Position numbers and translations under genes: made by a program
Shown here: piece after piece, positions 11,795 to 21,423 of the stretch
Layout: every line of letters starts with the position of its first letter
How positions within the stretch are numbered: position 1 is the stretch's first letter
Notes under the pieces: model-generated
What the model was told of the DNA's origin: nothing
The model's database searches: none
What the model saw: the letters and a program-made list of their open reading frames with translations, nothing else
NCBI GenBank assembly: GCA_944358385.1
Contig: CALVQW010000002.1
Coordinates: forward strand, 72,033 to 136,032
From: an uncultured Clostridia bacterium
GTDB lineage: Bacteria > Bacillota > Clostridia > Christensenellales > CAG-917
Direction of reading: 5' to 3'
Length of the DNA: 64,000 nt

Positions 11795-12150
11795 CTTGTT
11801 TCAAGCGACACCGCCATGGAGCGGGTGGGGTACACTTGTGACGCACACTTTGATAGAGCGTATTTGAGTACGACGTCTCTCTTTCGGAGACGTTCTAACG
11901 TACACCCTTTCGAAGATACTAACGAACACTCCGAGCGAGCGTATTTGAGTACGACCTCTCTCTTTCGGATACGGAACTACGCGCCGCAAAGCCAAACTTT
12001 CACCGCGGGCGTTTTGCGCCCGCGCTTGAAAGTCGCGGCAAGTCGGAGTCCCCGCAAACATCACCTACGGTGATTTTGTGGGGTATAATGAGGGGGGGGG
12101 CAATAACTCCCCTGTCAGAGGACGTCGGCTTATTTTACACTCTCCGAGCA
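11795..12150 (+). repeat. Family M repeat copy
   Basis: Contains CTTGTTTCAAGCG, tandem hairpin units, and a 40-nt run identical to the reverse complement of 39729-39768 (11973-12012). Ends with ...AATAACTCCCCTGTCAGAGGACGTCGGCTTATTTTACACTCTCCGAGCAC. Confidence 0.85.
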
Positions 12151-12193
12151 CAACGCACTTTTTTAAGCCGCGGAGGGTTTGAAAAATTTACTA

Positions 12194-12222
12194 TTGAACT
12201 ATTTTCGTTTGTAGGGTATAAT
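12194..12222 (+). promoter_or_regulatory. Promoter of aldose-epimerase gene
   Basis: TTGAAC (12194-12199), 17 nt spacer, TATAAT (12217-12222). Confidence 0.6.
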
Positions 12223-12305
12223 GGTGATGACGGAGGGGAGTCTCCGTGCATATCTTGCCCGTGAGGGCGGACGGCGGTCGCGCCGCCGTCGTGATAAGGA
12301 GGACT

Positions 12306-13187
12306 ATGAATTACACCATTTCCAACGATCAGATCGAAGTCGTCATTTCCGACATGGGTGCGGAGCTGATGTCCGTCAAGTCCAAAAAGGACGGCACGGA
12401 ATTCCTGTGGCAGGGAGACCCCGCATTCTGGGGCGGCAGGGCATACAATCTCTTCCCCATATGCGGCAGGCTCGCGGACGGGAAGTACACCTATGAGGGC
12501 GAGACCTACGAGATGAACCTGCACGGTTTTGTGAGGAAAAGCGTGCTGGACGCCACGCCGCTCGCGCGCGACAGGATAGATTTCGGTCTGCGCTCGGACG
12601 AGAGGACGCTGAAAATGTATCCTTTCGACTTTGAGTATCACATCTGCTACTCTTTGGAGGGCAGCACGGTGAAGATGGCGATCAGCGTCATCAACCATAC
12701 CGAGGACAGCATGCCCTTCGCGCTCGGCGGACACCCCGGTTTCAATGTGCCGCTTGCGGGAGAAGGGAAGTTTGAGGATTGGCATTTGGAGTTCTGTCCG
12801 GAATGCGAGCCTACGCACATCATCTTCTCGGACGCCTGCCTCACCACCGAGGAGACCGAGCCGTTCCCCCTCGAGGAAGGCAAGATCCTTCGTCTCAGAC
12901 ACGATCTTTTCGACCGCGACGCGGTGGTGCTTTCGGGAGCGTCCCGCAAAGTGACGTTGAAAAGCGACGTCTCCGACCACAGCGTGACGGTGGAAGTCCC
13001 CGATGCGATGAAATATCTCGGCATCTGGCACGCCCCCAAGAAGGAAGCCCCGTATGTGTGCATAGAGCCGTGGACATCACTTCCCGCCTACGACGGCAAG
13101 GTGGACGACCTTGCCACCAAGCGGGATATGTTCGAGCTGTCCCCCCTCGCCACCTACGAACTCATCTGGACGATCACGGTGGAGTGA
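12306..13187 (+). CDS. Aldose 1-epimerase family protein (LacX/galactose mutarotase-like)
   Basis: ATG at 12306 preceded by TAAGGAGG. Motifs LHGFVR and GGHPGFNVPL are typical of the aldose-epimerase superfamily. The upstream part of ORF 12246..13187 is 5-prime UTR. Confidence 0.8.
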   Translation: MNYTISNDQIEVVISDMGAELMSVKSKKDGTEFLWQGDPAFWGGRAYNLFPICGRLADGKYTYEGETYEMNLHGFVRKSVLDATPLARDRIDFGLRSDERTLKMYPFDFEYHICYSLEGSTVKMAISVINHTEDSMPFALGGHPGFNVPLAGEGKFEDWHLEFCPECEPTHIIFSDACLTTEETEPFPLEEGKILRLRHDLFDRDAVVLSGASRKVTLKSDVSDHSVTVEVPDAMKYLGIWHAPKKEAPYVCIEPWTSLPAYDGKVDDLATKRDMFELSPLATYELIWTITVE

Positions 13188-13238
13188 ACGCTATCGTACG
13201 AGATCCATCAAGTGCCGCAAGCACTCCGATATAGCAAA

Positions 13239-13266
13239 AACGCCCGTTCATCGGGCGTTTCTGCTT
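13239..13266. terminator. Bidirectional terminator between convergent aldose-epimerase and histidine-kinase genes
   Basis: AAAAACGCCCG-TTCAT-CGGGCGTTTCTGCTT. The minus-strand reading gives a hairpin followed by TTTTTGC. Confidence 0.7.
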
Positions 13267-13311
13267 CATAAAGTAGCGGAATATGGAAATTAAACTTGCG
13301 CGAGAGAATCG

Positions 13312-13343
13312 TCTCCGAACACGATGCACACTTCGAGCAAGTG
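13312..13343 (+). repeat. Isolated family M terminal box
   Basis: TCTCCGAACACGATGCACACTTCGAGCAAGTG compared with TCTCCGAGCACGACGCACACTCCGAGCGGGTG at 137-168: 27 of 32 positions match by eye. Confidence 0.6.
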
Positions 13344-13363
13344 TAATTATTCCGCGCGTTAGA

Positions 13364-14716
13364 TTAAAACTCAATGCGGAATGTCGTGCCTTCGCCGAGG
13401 GTGCTTCGGACGGTGAGTCGCCAACCTGCGCGGTCGCAGAGTTTTTTGACGACGGCGAGTCCCAGCCCGAAGCCGCCGTGTTTGCCGTTGTGGGATTTGT
13501 CCACCGTGAAAAAGCGGGCGAAAACGCGTTTCATATTCTCTTCCGAGATGCCGATGCCCGTGTCCGACACTTCCGCATAGGGGGATTTGCCCCCTTTGAC
13601 GGTGACGGTGATCGAGCCGTTCTCTTTGTTGTATTTGGTAGCGTTGCGGATGAGGTTGCCGAAGATCTCGGCAAGGCGTTCGGGGCGAGTGGGGACGATG
13701 AGGGGTTCGTCCGCGTGCACGGTGAGAGTGAGGCCGCGGCTTTCGATGTCCGCACGGAGGGATTCCGCCGTCTCGCGCGCGGCGAGGGCGACGTCGCAAT
13801 CGAAGCAGGGGAGTTCGTCGTTGTCGAGTTCGTTGAAATTGATGATGCTGGCGATGAGGTCGGAGAGCCTGTCCGCCTGAGACTTGATGATGCGGTACGC
13901 CTTTTGCTTGGTCTCCTCGTCGAGGTCGCCGTGTTCCAGCAGTTCCGCAAAGCCCTTTATGCTGGTGAGAGGGGTGTTCATCTCGTGGGAGATGTTGGAG
14001 ATGAACTCATTTTTGGATTCCTGCGCGCGGCGCACGCGTTCACCCTCCTCGTCTATGAGGCGCAGCTGGGTGCGGATCTCCTCGTTCTTGCGGTTGAGGA
14101 TATCGGTGATGGGGTAAAGCTCGCGGTATTTGGTGGAAAGAAGCGTACTCCCGCGGGACTGTTTGGCGAGTTCCTCCACGGGTTTCAGGGCGTAGTTGGT
14201 GGCGATGTAGGAGAAGATGAGGCAGACAAAGACGTCCAGCACCAAAAACCACGCCAGCGTGGGCAGAGTGTCCACTATGGCGTCCCATTGTGTAGAGGTG
14301 TGAGTGCCCAGCCGCACCAGCCCGTCCCCCAGCCGCACGCAGACGTAGAGCATATCCTCGCCCGTGGTATCGGAGTGGCGGGTGGAAGAGCCTTCCCGCC
14401 CCTGCAACGCCGCCTGCACCTCGCCTCTGTCGCCGCGGTATTCGCCCGCCTGCACGCCGAAGCTGTCTCCCGTCACATAGCCCTCGCCGTCCATGAAGGT
14501 GACACGCATCCCGCCGAGTTCCGCGGAGAGTGCGAGAGCGGCGTCCGCGCCGCCGTCCCCTACGCGCTCCTCGTCCAGAGCGTTGATCTGCGCCGAGACT
14601 ATCCCGCGGGTGTTGTCCAGGAGGGAGCGGTAGGAAAGAGACGCGCTCACGACGGAGTAGAGCGCGAAACCCACCAGAGTGATGATGAGGGAGGCGAGAA
14701 GTATGCGCTTTCTCAT
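13364..14716 (-). CDS. Sensor histidine kinase (PhoR-like architecture)
   Basis: Start MRKRILLASL at 14716, with an ATGA overlap on the response-regulator stop. N-terminal TM, HisKA H-box SHEMNTPLTSIKGFAELL, HATPase_c boxes NATKYN and GLGLAVVKKL. The longer ORF to 15139 overlaps the regulator and is not credible. Confidence 0.85.
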   Translation of the reverse strand: MRKRILLASLIITLVGFALYSVVSASLSYRSLLDNTRGIVSAQINALDEERVGDGGADAALALSAELGGMRVTFMDGEGYVTGDSFGVQAGEYRGDRGEVQAALQGREGSSTRHSDTTGEDMLYVCVRLGDGLVRLGTHTSTQWDAIVDTLPTLAWFLVLDVFVCLIFSYIATNYALKPVEELAKQSRGSTLLSTKYRELYPITDILNRKNEEIRTQLRLIDEEGERVRRAQESKNEFISNISHEMNTPLTSIKGFAELLEHGDLDEETKQKAYRIIKSQADRLSDLIASIINFNELDNDELPCFDCDVALAARETAESLRADIESRGLTLTVHADEPLIVPTRPERLAEIFGNLIRNATKYNKENGSITVTVKGGKSPYAEVSDTGIGISEENMKRVFARFFTVDKSHNGKHGGFGLGLAVVKKLCDRAGWRLTVRSTLGEGTTFRIEF

Positions 14717-15366
14717 CACGCCTTGAATTTGTAGCCCACCCCGAACACGGTCTCGTAGTTGAAACCGAGCTTGCGAAGGTGGCTGACATAGTTGTCTATC
14801 GTGCGTGTTTCGCCGCCCTCGTAGCCCCAGACATTGGTGAGCAATTCGTCTCTGGTCAGCACTTTGTCGGGGTTTTCGAGGGAGTATTGCAACAGTTTGA
14901 ATTCCTTGCCGGAGAGGGAGACATCCCTGCCCGCGAGGGTGACCGTCATCTTCTCGCAGTCCATCACCACGTCGCCCACGGTGAGGATGGCGGGACGCTG
15001 TTTTAGCCTGCGGAACACGGCGGCTATCTTGGCGGAAAATTCCAGGATGCCGAAGGGTTTTGCGATGTAATCGTCCGCGCCGAGGTTCAGCCCCGTCACC
15101 TTGTCGGACTCCTTGCCGAGGGCGGAGAGCATGATGCAATATACGTCTCCGCGCCGCGCTTTCAGCCGTGCCAGCACGTCCAGCCCGTTGCCGTCGGGGA
15201 GCATGATGTCCAGGACGGCTATGGCGGGCAGCTCCAGCGCGACGGCGTCCTCAAAAGCGCGCACCGTGCCGAAGGTGCGGCACTCTATGCCGCTCAGTTG
15301 CAGGGTGCATTTCACGAGGTCGCAGATGCCGTCGTCGTCTTCGAGAAGGTAAACCGTCCTTTCCAT
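14716..15366 (-). CDS. OmpR/PhoB-family DNA-binding response regulator
   Basis: 216 aa. Receiver domain (LLEDDD..., DIMLPDGNG, KP) followed by a winged-helix output domain (LSGKEFKLLQYSLENPDKVLTRDELL...GVGYKF). Confidence 0.9.
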   Translation of the reverse strand: MERTVYLLEDDDGICDLVKCTLQLSGIECRTFGTVRAFEDAVALELPAIAVLDIMLPDGNGLDVLARLKARRGDVYCIMLSALGKESDKVTGLNLGADDYIAKPFGILEFSAKIAAVFRRLKQRPAILTVGDVVMDCEKMTVTLAGRDVSLSGKEFKLLQYSLENPDKVLTRDELLTNVWGYEGGETRTIDNYVSHLRKLGFNYETVFGVGYKFKA

Positions 15367-15376
15367 AAAGTCTCCG

Positions 15377-17086
15377 TCAGTTGGCGTCGGAAGAGTGTGC
15401 TATATAGTTGAGGTGGTCGCCCACACGTTCCAGATTGCAGACCAGGTTGACGAACACGCCGCTGCTTTCGGGGCGGCACTCGCCGCTTCCCAGCCTCGCC
15501 ACGTGTTCCTTGATGAGGCGTTTGCGCTTGGCGTCCACTTCGTTTTCCAGCTCGTCTATGGCGTTGAGGTCGTCCGTCGCGCCCGAAGTCATCAGTTCGC
15601 CCGCCTTTTCGGACATCTTTTCCAACAGTTCGTACATCTCTCTCACGTCGTCCTTGACCTTGGGGGAGAAGTAGAGGTTGTCCTTCTCGGTGCGGCGGGT
15701 GTACTTGGTGACGTTCTCGGCGAGTTCGCCCACACGGTGGATGTCGCCGAGGCAGGAGTGCAGCGCGGCGATGCGCTTTTCCGTCTCCAAAGTGGCGTCG
15801 TAGGCGGAGACCTGCACGAGATAGGCGTCTATCCTGCCTATGCACTCGTCCACTTCGGAGTTCATAGTCGTCACTTTTTCCGTACGGGCGGTGTCCTGTT
15901 CTATGAAGCCTTCCACCGCCGTTTTCAGGCTGAGCACGGCTTTTTCGAGGGCAGCGGCTGCCTCCTGAGTCGCGCTGTCCACCGCGAGAGCGGGGGTGGG
16001 GAGCAGACGCTTGTCCAGCCTCGAAGAGGTCTCTTCCGCGTCCGCTTTCTTTTTCTTGCCGGGACGGACGAGCAGCTCGGAGAGCTTGACAAGTCCGTTG
16101 GTGAAGGGCAGGAAGAGGATGGTGCTGATGACGTTGAAGAATGTGTGGAACATCGCAATCTGCGTGCCGGGATTGTTGGGGAACCACGCCTCGAACGTGT
16201 TTGCGTTCATCTCCGGCCAGCATATCATTATGATGAAGAATATGATGGAGCCGATGACGTTGAAGAGCAGGTGTATCACCGCGGCGCGCTTTGCGTTGAT
16301 GTTGGTGCCGATTGACGAGAGCAGCGCGGTGACGCAGGTGCCGATGTTGGTGCCGAGCACGACGTAAAGCACCGCGTTGCCGCCTCCGCCGATGAGTATG
16401 CCGCTTTCCGCCATGGCTATGAGGATGACCGTGAGAGCGGAGGAACTCTGGATTATCGCCGTGATCGCTATGCCCAGGAAGAAGAGCAGGAACGGGTTGG
16501 TTATGCTGGCGAACAGATCGACTATGACCTGGCTTTCCTGGAAGAAGTCCATGGAGGCGTCCATGACGTCCAGACCTACGAACACCAGTCCAAGTCCCGC
16601 CACGGCGTAGCATACCGTCTGCACCTTTTCCTTCTTGGTGGCGTATGCGACGAGTATGCCTATACCCGTCAGTCCCATCGCGAATACGGCGAAGTCGAAT
16701 GCGGAGAGCGCCGCTATCTGCGCCGTGATGGTGGTGCCGATGTTCGCGCCCATGGTGATGGTGGTCGCCTGCGTGAGAGTCATGACTCCCGCGTTGACGA
16801 GACCGACCACCATGACCGTCGTGAGCGAGGAGCTTTGGATCACCGCCGTGACGGCAGTGCCTATGCCCACGCCTACGAGGTTGGAGGACCACTCCTTTGT
16901 CTTGGCGCGGAATTTCTCCTTGCGCGTCGCGCCTTCCGGCAGAGTGACCTTGCCCGAAGCGCGGTGGAAAAGCGAGCGCATCTTGCCCGTCGCCAGCTTC
17001 TCCATGTTGTCGGAGAGCAGTTTGACGCCTATGAGGAAGGCGCCGAGACCTGCCAGCAGTTCAAATACCGCATATGCGTATTCCAT
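15377..17086 (-). CDS. Na/Pi cotransporter family protein with C-terminal PhoU-like domains
   Basis: 569 aa. Duplicated Na/Pi-cotransporter core motifs (QSSSLTTVMVVGL and QSSSALTVILIAM), followed by a soluble helical PhoU-like repeat region. First gene of an operon with the regulator and kinase. Confidence 0.85.
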   Translation of the reverse strand: MEYAYAVFELLAGLGAFLIGVKLLSDNMEKLATGKMRSLFHRASGKVTLPEGATRKEKFRAKTKEWSSNLVGVGIGTAVTAVIQSSSLTTVMVVGLVNAGVMTLTQATTITMGANIGTTITAQIAALSAFDFAVFAMGLTGIGILVAYATKKEKVQTVCYAVAGLGLVFVGLDVMDASMDFFQESQVIVDLFASITNPFLLFFLGIAITAIIQSSSALTVILIAMAESGILIGGGGNAVLYVVLGTNIGTCVTALLSSIGTNINAKRAAVIHLLFNVIGSIIFFIIMICWPEMNANTFEAWFPNNPGTQIAMFHTFFNVISTILFLPFTNGLVKLSELLVRPGKKKKADAEETSSRLDKRLLPTPALAVDSATQEAAAALEKAVLSLKTAVEGFIEQDTARTEKVTTMNSEVDECIGRIDAYLVQVSAYDATLETEKRIAALHSCLGDIHRVGELAENVTKYTRRTEKDNLYFSPKVKDDVREMYELLEKMSEKAGELMTSGATDDLNAIDELENEVDAKRKRLIKEHVARLGSGECRPESSGVFVNLVCNLERVGDHLNYIAHSSDAN

Positions 17087-17200
17087 TGTTCACCGTTATC
17101 CCTCTTTTTTTTGGACCGGGACGGCTCCGTCCCGTATGGCGCGTGCCCGCATCGCCGCGCGGTTTCCCTTTTCATCTTGATTTAAGTCTAACATGGAATA

Positions 17201-17228
17201 TGTCATTTAGTTGTCACAAAGTTGTAAA
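17201..17228 (-). promoter_or_regulatory. Pho-box-like direct repeats upstream of the Na/Pi transporter operon
   Basis: Minus strand: TTTACA (17228-17223), GTGACA (17217-17212) and ATGACA (17206-17201), spaced exactly 11 bp apart. They lie about 115 nt upstream of the start codon. Confidence 0.45.
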
Positions 17229-17386
17229 AAAGCGGACGGAGCATCGCTAATTTTCGCAAACACCCCTCGTTTTGATAGCCAAACGACACGTGTTGTGTTA
17301 ATATAATGTGCGTCTAACGACGTTTATATAAGTAAATTAAACTCTAAGATAAGTGCGCACGGCGTGCGCGTAAAGTAAGGAGAACT

Positions 17387-20263
17387 ATGCTTAAACTCGT
17401 TGATATAACCAAAGAGTATAAGACGGAAGAGGAGAGCGTGTTCGCTCTCCGCGGCGTGTCCGTGGAGTTCAGAAAGAGCGAATTCGTCTCCATCCTCGGA
17501 CCTTCCGGCTGCGGCAAGACCACACTCCTCAACATCGTGGGCGGCTTGGACCGCTATACGAGCGGCGACATCCAAGTGGACGGCGTCTCCACCACCCGCT
17601 ACCGCGACGAGGATTGGGACACCTACCGCAACCGCAGGATAGGCTTCGTCTTTCAGAGCTACAACCTCATCCCCCATATGAACGTCCTGAAAAACGTCCA
17701 GCTCAGCCTGACGCTCGCTGGCATCTCCAAGGAGGAGGGCAGAGAGCGCGCCATGGAGGCGTTGAGAAAGGTGGGGCTTGAGAAACAGGCGAAAAAGAAA
17801 CCCAACCAGATGTCCGGCGGACAGATGCAGCGCGTCGCCATCGCCCGCGCCCTTGTCAACGATCCCGACATCATCCTCGCGGACGAGCCTACGGGCGCGC
17901 TGGACAGCGAGTCCGGCGTGCAGGTCATGGAACTGCTGAAAGAGGTGGCGCGTGACAGACTTGTCGTCATGGTCACGCACAACGGACAGCTTGCGGAGGA
18001 GTACAGCACCCGCATCATAAATCTTAAGGACGGCGAGATCGTGGGCGACACCATGCCCTATGACTCCGAGGCGGAGGCTGCGGCAGAGGACCTTGCCCGC
18101 ATCTCCGACGCCGTGGACGAAACCGCGCCGACCGCCCCCGAAAGTGCGGAGGAGAACGGCGTTGCGGAAAAGCGTATTTTCACCGAGGAGGGTGTTGAAA
18201 TAGCGGGAACAGACGCATCAACCGCCGTTTTGAGCGAGAACGGGCAGGAGGGCGAGACCTCTTCTTCTCCCGCCGCTCCCGCAAAGAAGCGCAACATCTT
18301 CAAGAGGATAGGGGACAGGATCCGCGCCTTCCGCAAGCGCGAGAAGTCCTATATGTCCGTTGCGACGGCGGTCAATCTTTCCTGGACCAACCTGCTCAGC
18401 AAGAAGGGGCGCACTCTGCTCACTTCCATTGCGGGCAGCATCGGCATCATCGGCATCGTGGTCGTCCTCGCCCTCTCCAACGGCGTGGGCGCGTACATCG
18501 CGGGGCTTGAAGAAAACGCTCTCTCGCAATATCCCATCACCATCAACGAGCAGGATATGAGCCTCAGCGCGCTCATGGAAAAGGTCATGGGCGCGACGAA
18601 CACCAATCCGGAATATCCCGACAGCGGGGAGATCGTCGTGGGCAACATGCTCGGCAATCTCATCCACAACAAGGACGCCATCTTCGGCACGAATGATCTG
18701 AAGAGCATACGCAACTACATCGAGACGAACAAGTCCCAGTTGGATGGCGTAGGCGTCGTTAAATATCAATACGGGATAGACATGAACATATTCGCCGACG
18801 CAGGCAACGGTGGCGACGAATATATGAAGATATATCCTTTTACGGACCTCATGGGAGATGTCCTGGATGATTTCCAGAATGCCATCGATCTCGTGCTTGC
18901 TCCGGGAGCGACCGAGCAGATCAAGCAGTTTGCCGCGAGCACCGCGCAGACATGGGACGAGATGTCTCCCGACACCCATTTGCTCGAGCAACAATATGAA
19001 CTGGTCGGCGAAAATTCGCGTTGGCCGCAGAACGACCGCGAAGTGGTGATCGTGGTCGATGAATACAACCAGATCCCCGATTTCACGTTGTTCATGCTCG
19101 GCTTGCGTTCCACAAGCGAGTTGCTCGGGATCTTGACGGGCGGAGGCTCACTGTATGAACCGATAGACATTGATACGCAGGTCATCGGAAAAGAGTATTA
19201 CATCCTGACCAATGCCGATTATTATTATCAGACGGACAGCGGCGTTGATTATTATCCGCAGAACATGTTGGACAAGGAGACGATCGATTCCGCCGATCCT
19301 ATCAAGGTCACCGTTTCCGGTGTCATACGCCCCAGGCGCAGCGTGAGCGTGACATCCATCAACGGCGTCGTCGGCTATCGCTCCGGTCTCATGGATCTGC
19401 TCATGGATAAGGCGGAGTCGAGTGACATCGTCGAGGCGCAGCTCGACGCATTCAATGCGGCGAACCCCGATGTCACCGCTGAGGATCTCGAAAAAGACCC
19501 TTCTCTTTTCAAGCCGTACAACTCGGTCGCGGGCTTCAACGAAGATGACGATCATAAAGATCCTAATTTCTCGCTCAGCTACACATATCTTGACGGCAAG
19601 AAAACAGTGAGTGAAACTATAACCAGGCTTGCGCGCGGTACGCTGATCAAATCATACGACATGCACATCGAGGTCATGCGCGCGCTCGGCATAGCGGACA
19701 AGAGTACGCCGCAGTCCATAAAGATATATCCGACGTCTTTTGACAATAAAGCCGTGATCGAAGAATTTTTGAGCGGCTATGGCAAAGAGACGGGAGACAA
19801 CATCAAATATACCGATCAGCTCGCCATCATGATGAACTTCGTGGAACAGATGAGCAGTACGGTCACGCAGGTGCTTGTCGGCTTTGCCGCCATCTCCCTC
19901 ATCGTGTCCACCATCATGATCGCAATCATCATCTATACATCCGTGCTGGAACGGAGAAAGGAGATCGGCGTGCTGCGCTCCCTCGGCGCAAGAAAGAAGG
20001 ACATCTCGCGCGTGTTCATTGCCGAGTCCGCCATTCTGGGCGCGTACTCCGGCTTGATAGGCATCATAGTCGCCGTCGCCATCTCGTTCGCGGGCAGCGC
20101 CATCCTCGCCGCCGTCCTCGGCATATCCGGGCTTATGCAGGTGAGTTGGTGGCAGTGCGTCGTCATGTTCCTCATCAGCATATTGCTCTCGGTGCTTGCG
20201 GGCTTCATACCTTCCCGCATAGCCTCCAAGAAGGATCCCACCGTCGCCCTCCGCAGCGAGTGA
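17387..20263 (+). CDS. Fused ABC transporter ATP-binding protein / FtsX-family permease (paralog of 3487..6696)
   Basis: 958 aa with the same architecture as 3487..6696. The ATPase domains are very similar by eye ([44 protein letters not shown]), and the C-terminal FtsX motif [13 protein letters not shown] is present. AAGGAGA RBS. Confidence 0.9.
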   Translation: MLKLVDITKEYKTEEESVFALRGVSVEFRKSEFVSILGPSGCGKTTLLNIVGGLDRYTSGDIQVDGVSTTRYRDEDWDTYRNRRIGFVFQSYNLIPHMNVLKNVQLSLTLAGISKEEGRERAMEALRKVGLEKQAKKKPNQMSGGQMQRVAIARALVNDPDIILADEPTGALDSESGVQVMELLKEVARDRLVVMVTHNGQLAEEYSTRIINLKDGEIVGDTMPYDSEAEAAAEDLARISDAVDETAPTAPESAEENGVAEKRIFTEEGVEIAGTDASTAVLSENGQEGETSSSPAAPAKKRNIFKRIGDRIRAFRKREKSYMSVATAVNLSWTNLLSKKGRTLLTSIAGSIGIIGIVVVLALSNGVGAYIAGLEENALSQYPITINEQDMSLSALMEKVMGATNTNPEYPDSGEIVVGNMLGNLIHNKDAIFGTNDLKSIRNYIETNKSQLDGVGVVKYQYGIDMNIFADAGNGGDEYMKIYPFTDLMGDVLDDFQNAIDLVLAPGATEQIKQFAASTAQTWDEMSPDTHLLEQQYELVGENSRWPQNDREVVIVVDEYNQIPDFTLFMLGLRSTSELLGILTGGGSLYEPIDIDTQVIGKEYYILTNADYYYQTDSGVDYYPQNMLDKETIDSADPIKVTVSGVIRPRRSVSVTSINGVVGYRSGLMDLLMDKAESSDIVEAQLDAFNAANPDVTAEDLEKDPSLFKPYNSVAGFNEDDDHKDPNFSLSYTYLDGKKTVSETITRLARGTLIKSYDMHIEVMRALGIADKSTPQSIKIYPTSFDNKAVIEEFLSGYGKETGDNIKYTDQLAIMMNFVEQMSSTVTQVLVGFAAISLIVSTIMIAIIIYTSVLERRKEIGVLRSLGARKKDISRVFIAESAILGAYSGLIGIIVAVAISFAGSAILAAVLGISGLMQVSWWQCVVMFLISILLSVLAGFIPSRIASKKDPTVALRSE

Positions 20264-20286
20264 GCGCGGCAGCAACACCGCATCAA

Positions 20287-20318
20287 AACGGGCATTCCGC
20301 AACGGAACGCCCGTTTTT
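20287..20318 (+). terminator. Intrinsic terminator after fused ABC gene 17387..20263
   Basis: AACGGGCATTCCG-CAA-CGGAACGCCCGTT followed by TTTTA. A 13-bp stem with one mismatch. Confidence 0.75.
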
Positions 20319-20401
20319 ATATGCCGCCTTGCACCGCTCCCGCCCGATCTATGCCAGACAGCCTCTCAACGTGAAAAATTTGCATAATTTTCGGACGGGG
20401 G

Positions 20402-20430
20402 TTGAAAATAAAGTTAGCTTATAATATAAT
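20402..20430 (+). promoter_or_regulatory. Promoter of membrane-protein gene 20479..21000
   Basis: TTGAAA (20402-20407), 17 nt spacer, TATAAT (20425-20430). Confidence 0.7.
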
Positions 20431-20478
20431 ACACTACGAAAAAACGGCGCATCGCCGCCGCGTTTAAGAGGTGATATA

Positions 20479-21000
20479 ATGGCAAAAAAGATCCAATCCA
20501 CCGCCAAGGTGACTGACAACAGCGTCATGCTGTGCCTGCTCTTCATCGTCATGGGCGTGCTCTTCGTCTGGCTGGAAGCCGGCGTCGCCGCCATCGCAAT
20601 GATGACCATCGGCGTCATCGCCACCGTCCTCGGTCTCTTCGAACTCTTCCACAAAAACTGGATCATGGGCATCATCGAGTTGCTCATAGGCATCGCGTTG
20701 ATCCTTGTGGCGGCTCTCGCTCCCGACATCGTGATCCTCATCCTCGGCATCGCCATCATCCTCTTTGCCGTCCTCGTGTTCGTCATGGGGTTCAAGAGCT
20801 TCAAAGGCATGGCGGCGGTCTCCAAAGTCCTCTACATCCTCACCATCCTCCTCGCCCTCGTTGTCGGCATCCTCTTCATCGTTGCCTACGCCGTCAGCGG
20901 TGTAGAAGGCATCTTCATCGCAATCGGCGCAATCAGCCTTGCCGTCGGCGTGGTGATGTTGGTGAAGGCAGCCCTGACCAGCGGCCGCACCGCCGTCTGA
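20479..21000 (+). CDS. Hypothetical multi-pass membrane protein (DUF308/HdeD-like by composition)
   Basis: 173 aa, almost entirely hydrophobic, with about 5-6 TM segments. Consensus TTGAAA-17-TATAAT promoter and AGAGGTG RBS upstream. Confidence 0.6.
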   Translation: MAKKIQSTAKVTDNSVMLCLLFIVMGVLFVWLEAGVAAIAMMTIGVIATVLGLFELFHKNWIMGIIELLIGIALILVAALAPDIVILILGIAIILFAVLVFVMGFKSFKGMAAVSKVLYILTILLALVVGILFIVAYAVSGVEGIFIAIGAISLAVGVVMLVKAALTSGRTAV

Positions 21001-21322
21001 GGGCACTATTCGGCGAATAACTGCGTCAGAGCCGCGTCCCCGACCGCTTACGTACGAGAAGTACGCCGCGCGCCCGGGAGACGCGGCTCTTCCTTGTTCT
21101 TCATCCGAATATTGCCCTCAGACAAGTCTGACGCGCTCGGGGTCCCCGCGGGAAAAATCTTAGATTTTTCTCGTGGGGTAGATCGGCGCAGAACTTTGTC
21201 AGCACCCCTTTTTCGGCTCGTTACGTACGCCTAAGTACGCGCCTCACCGAAAAAGGGGTGCTTTCGCGTTCTGCATCCAAATATCGCGCTCAGACCTTCG
21301 GGCACTATTCGGCGAATAACAT
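21001..21322 (+). repeat. Family H hairpin repeats (two full units bracketed by a 21-nt direct repeat)
   Basis: GGGCACTATTCGGCGAATAAC occurs at 21001-21021 and 21300-21320. Unit hairpins are at 21028-21090 and 21201-21262. The conserved flank CTTGTTCTTCATCCGAATATTG at 21093-21114 is identical to 28097-28118. Confidence 0.85.
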
Positions 21323-21423
21323 CGTCAAAGCCTCCAGTTCCTAATTGTTCATAAGCGGTTTCCCCGCCGATACTCGGCGGGGAAAATAGTCCGCCGAACG
21401 GTGTTCGGCGGGTTATCAAGTGA

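Noticed and set aside
11840-11978. Possible mini CRISPR array (hairpin-containing repeats with ~57-nt period), also at 28518-28631 and 39745-39900.
   Set aside because: There are only 2-3 units. The 'spacer' portions are conserved between units and between loci. The unit length does not fit repeat-plus-spacer geometry, and there are no cas genes in the window.
13364-15139. The full 591-aa ORF for the histidine kinase, and the 445-aa ORF 53967..55304.
   Set aside because: The N-terminal portions overlap other well-supported genes: the response regulator in the first case, and queT plus the methyltransferase on the opposite strand in the second. Internal starts at 14716 and 54837 have proper RBSs or coupling and native-looking N-termini.
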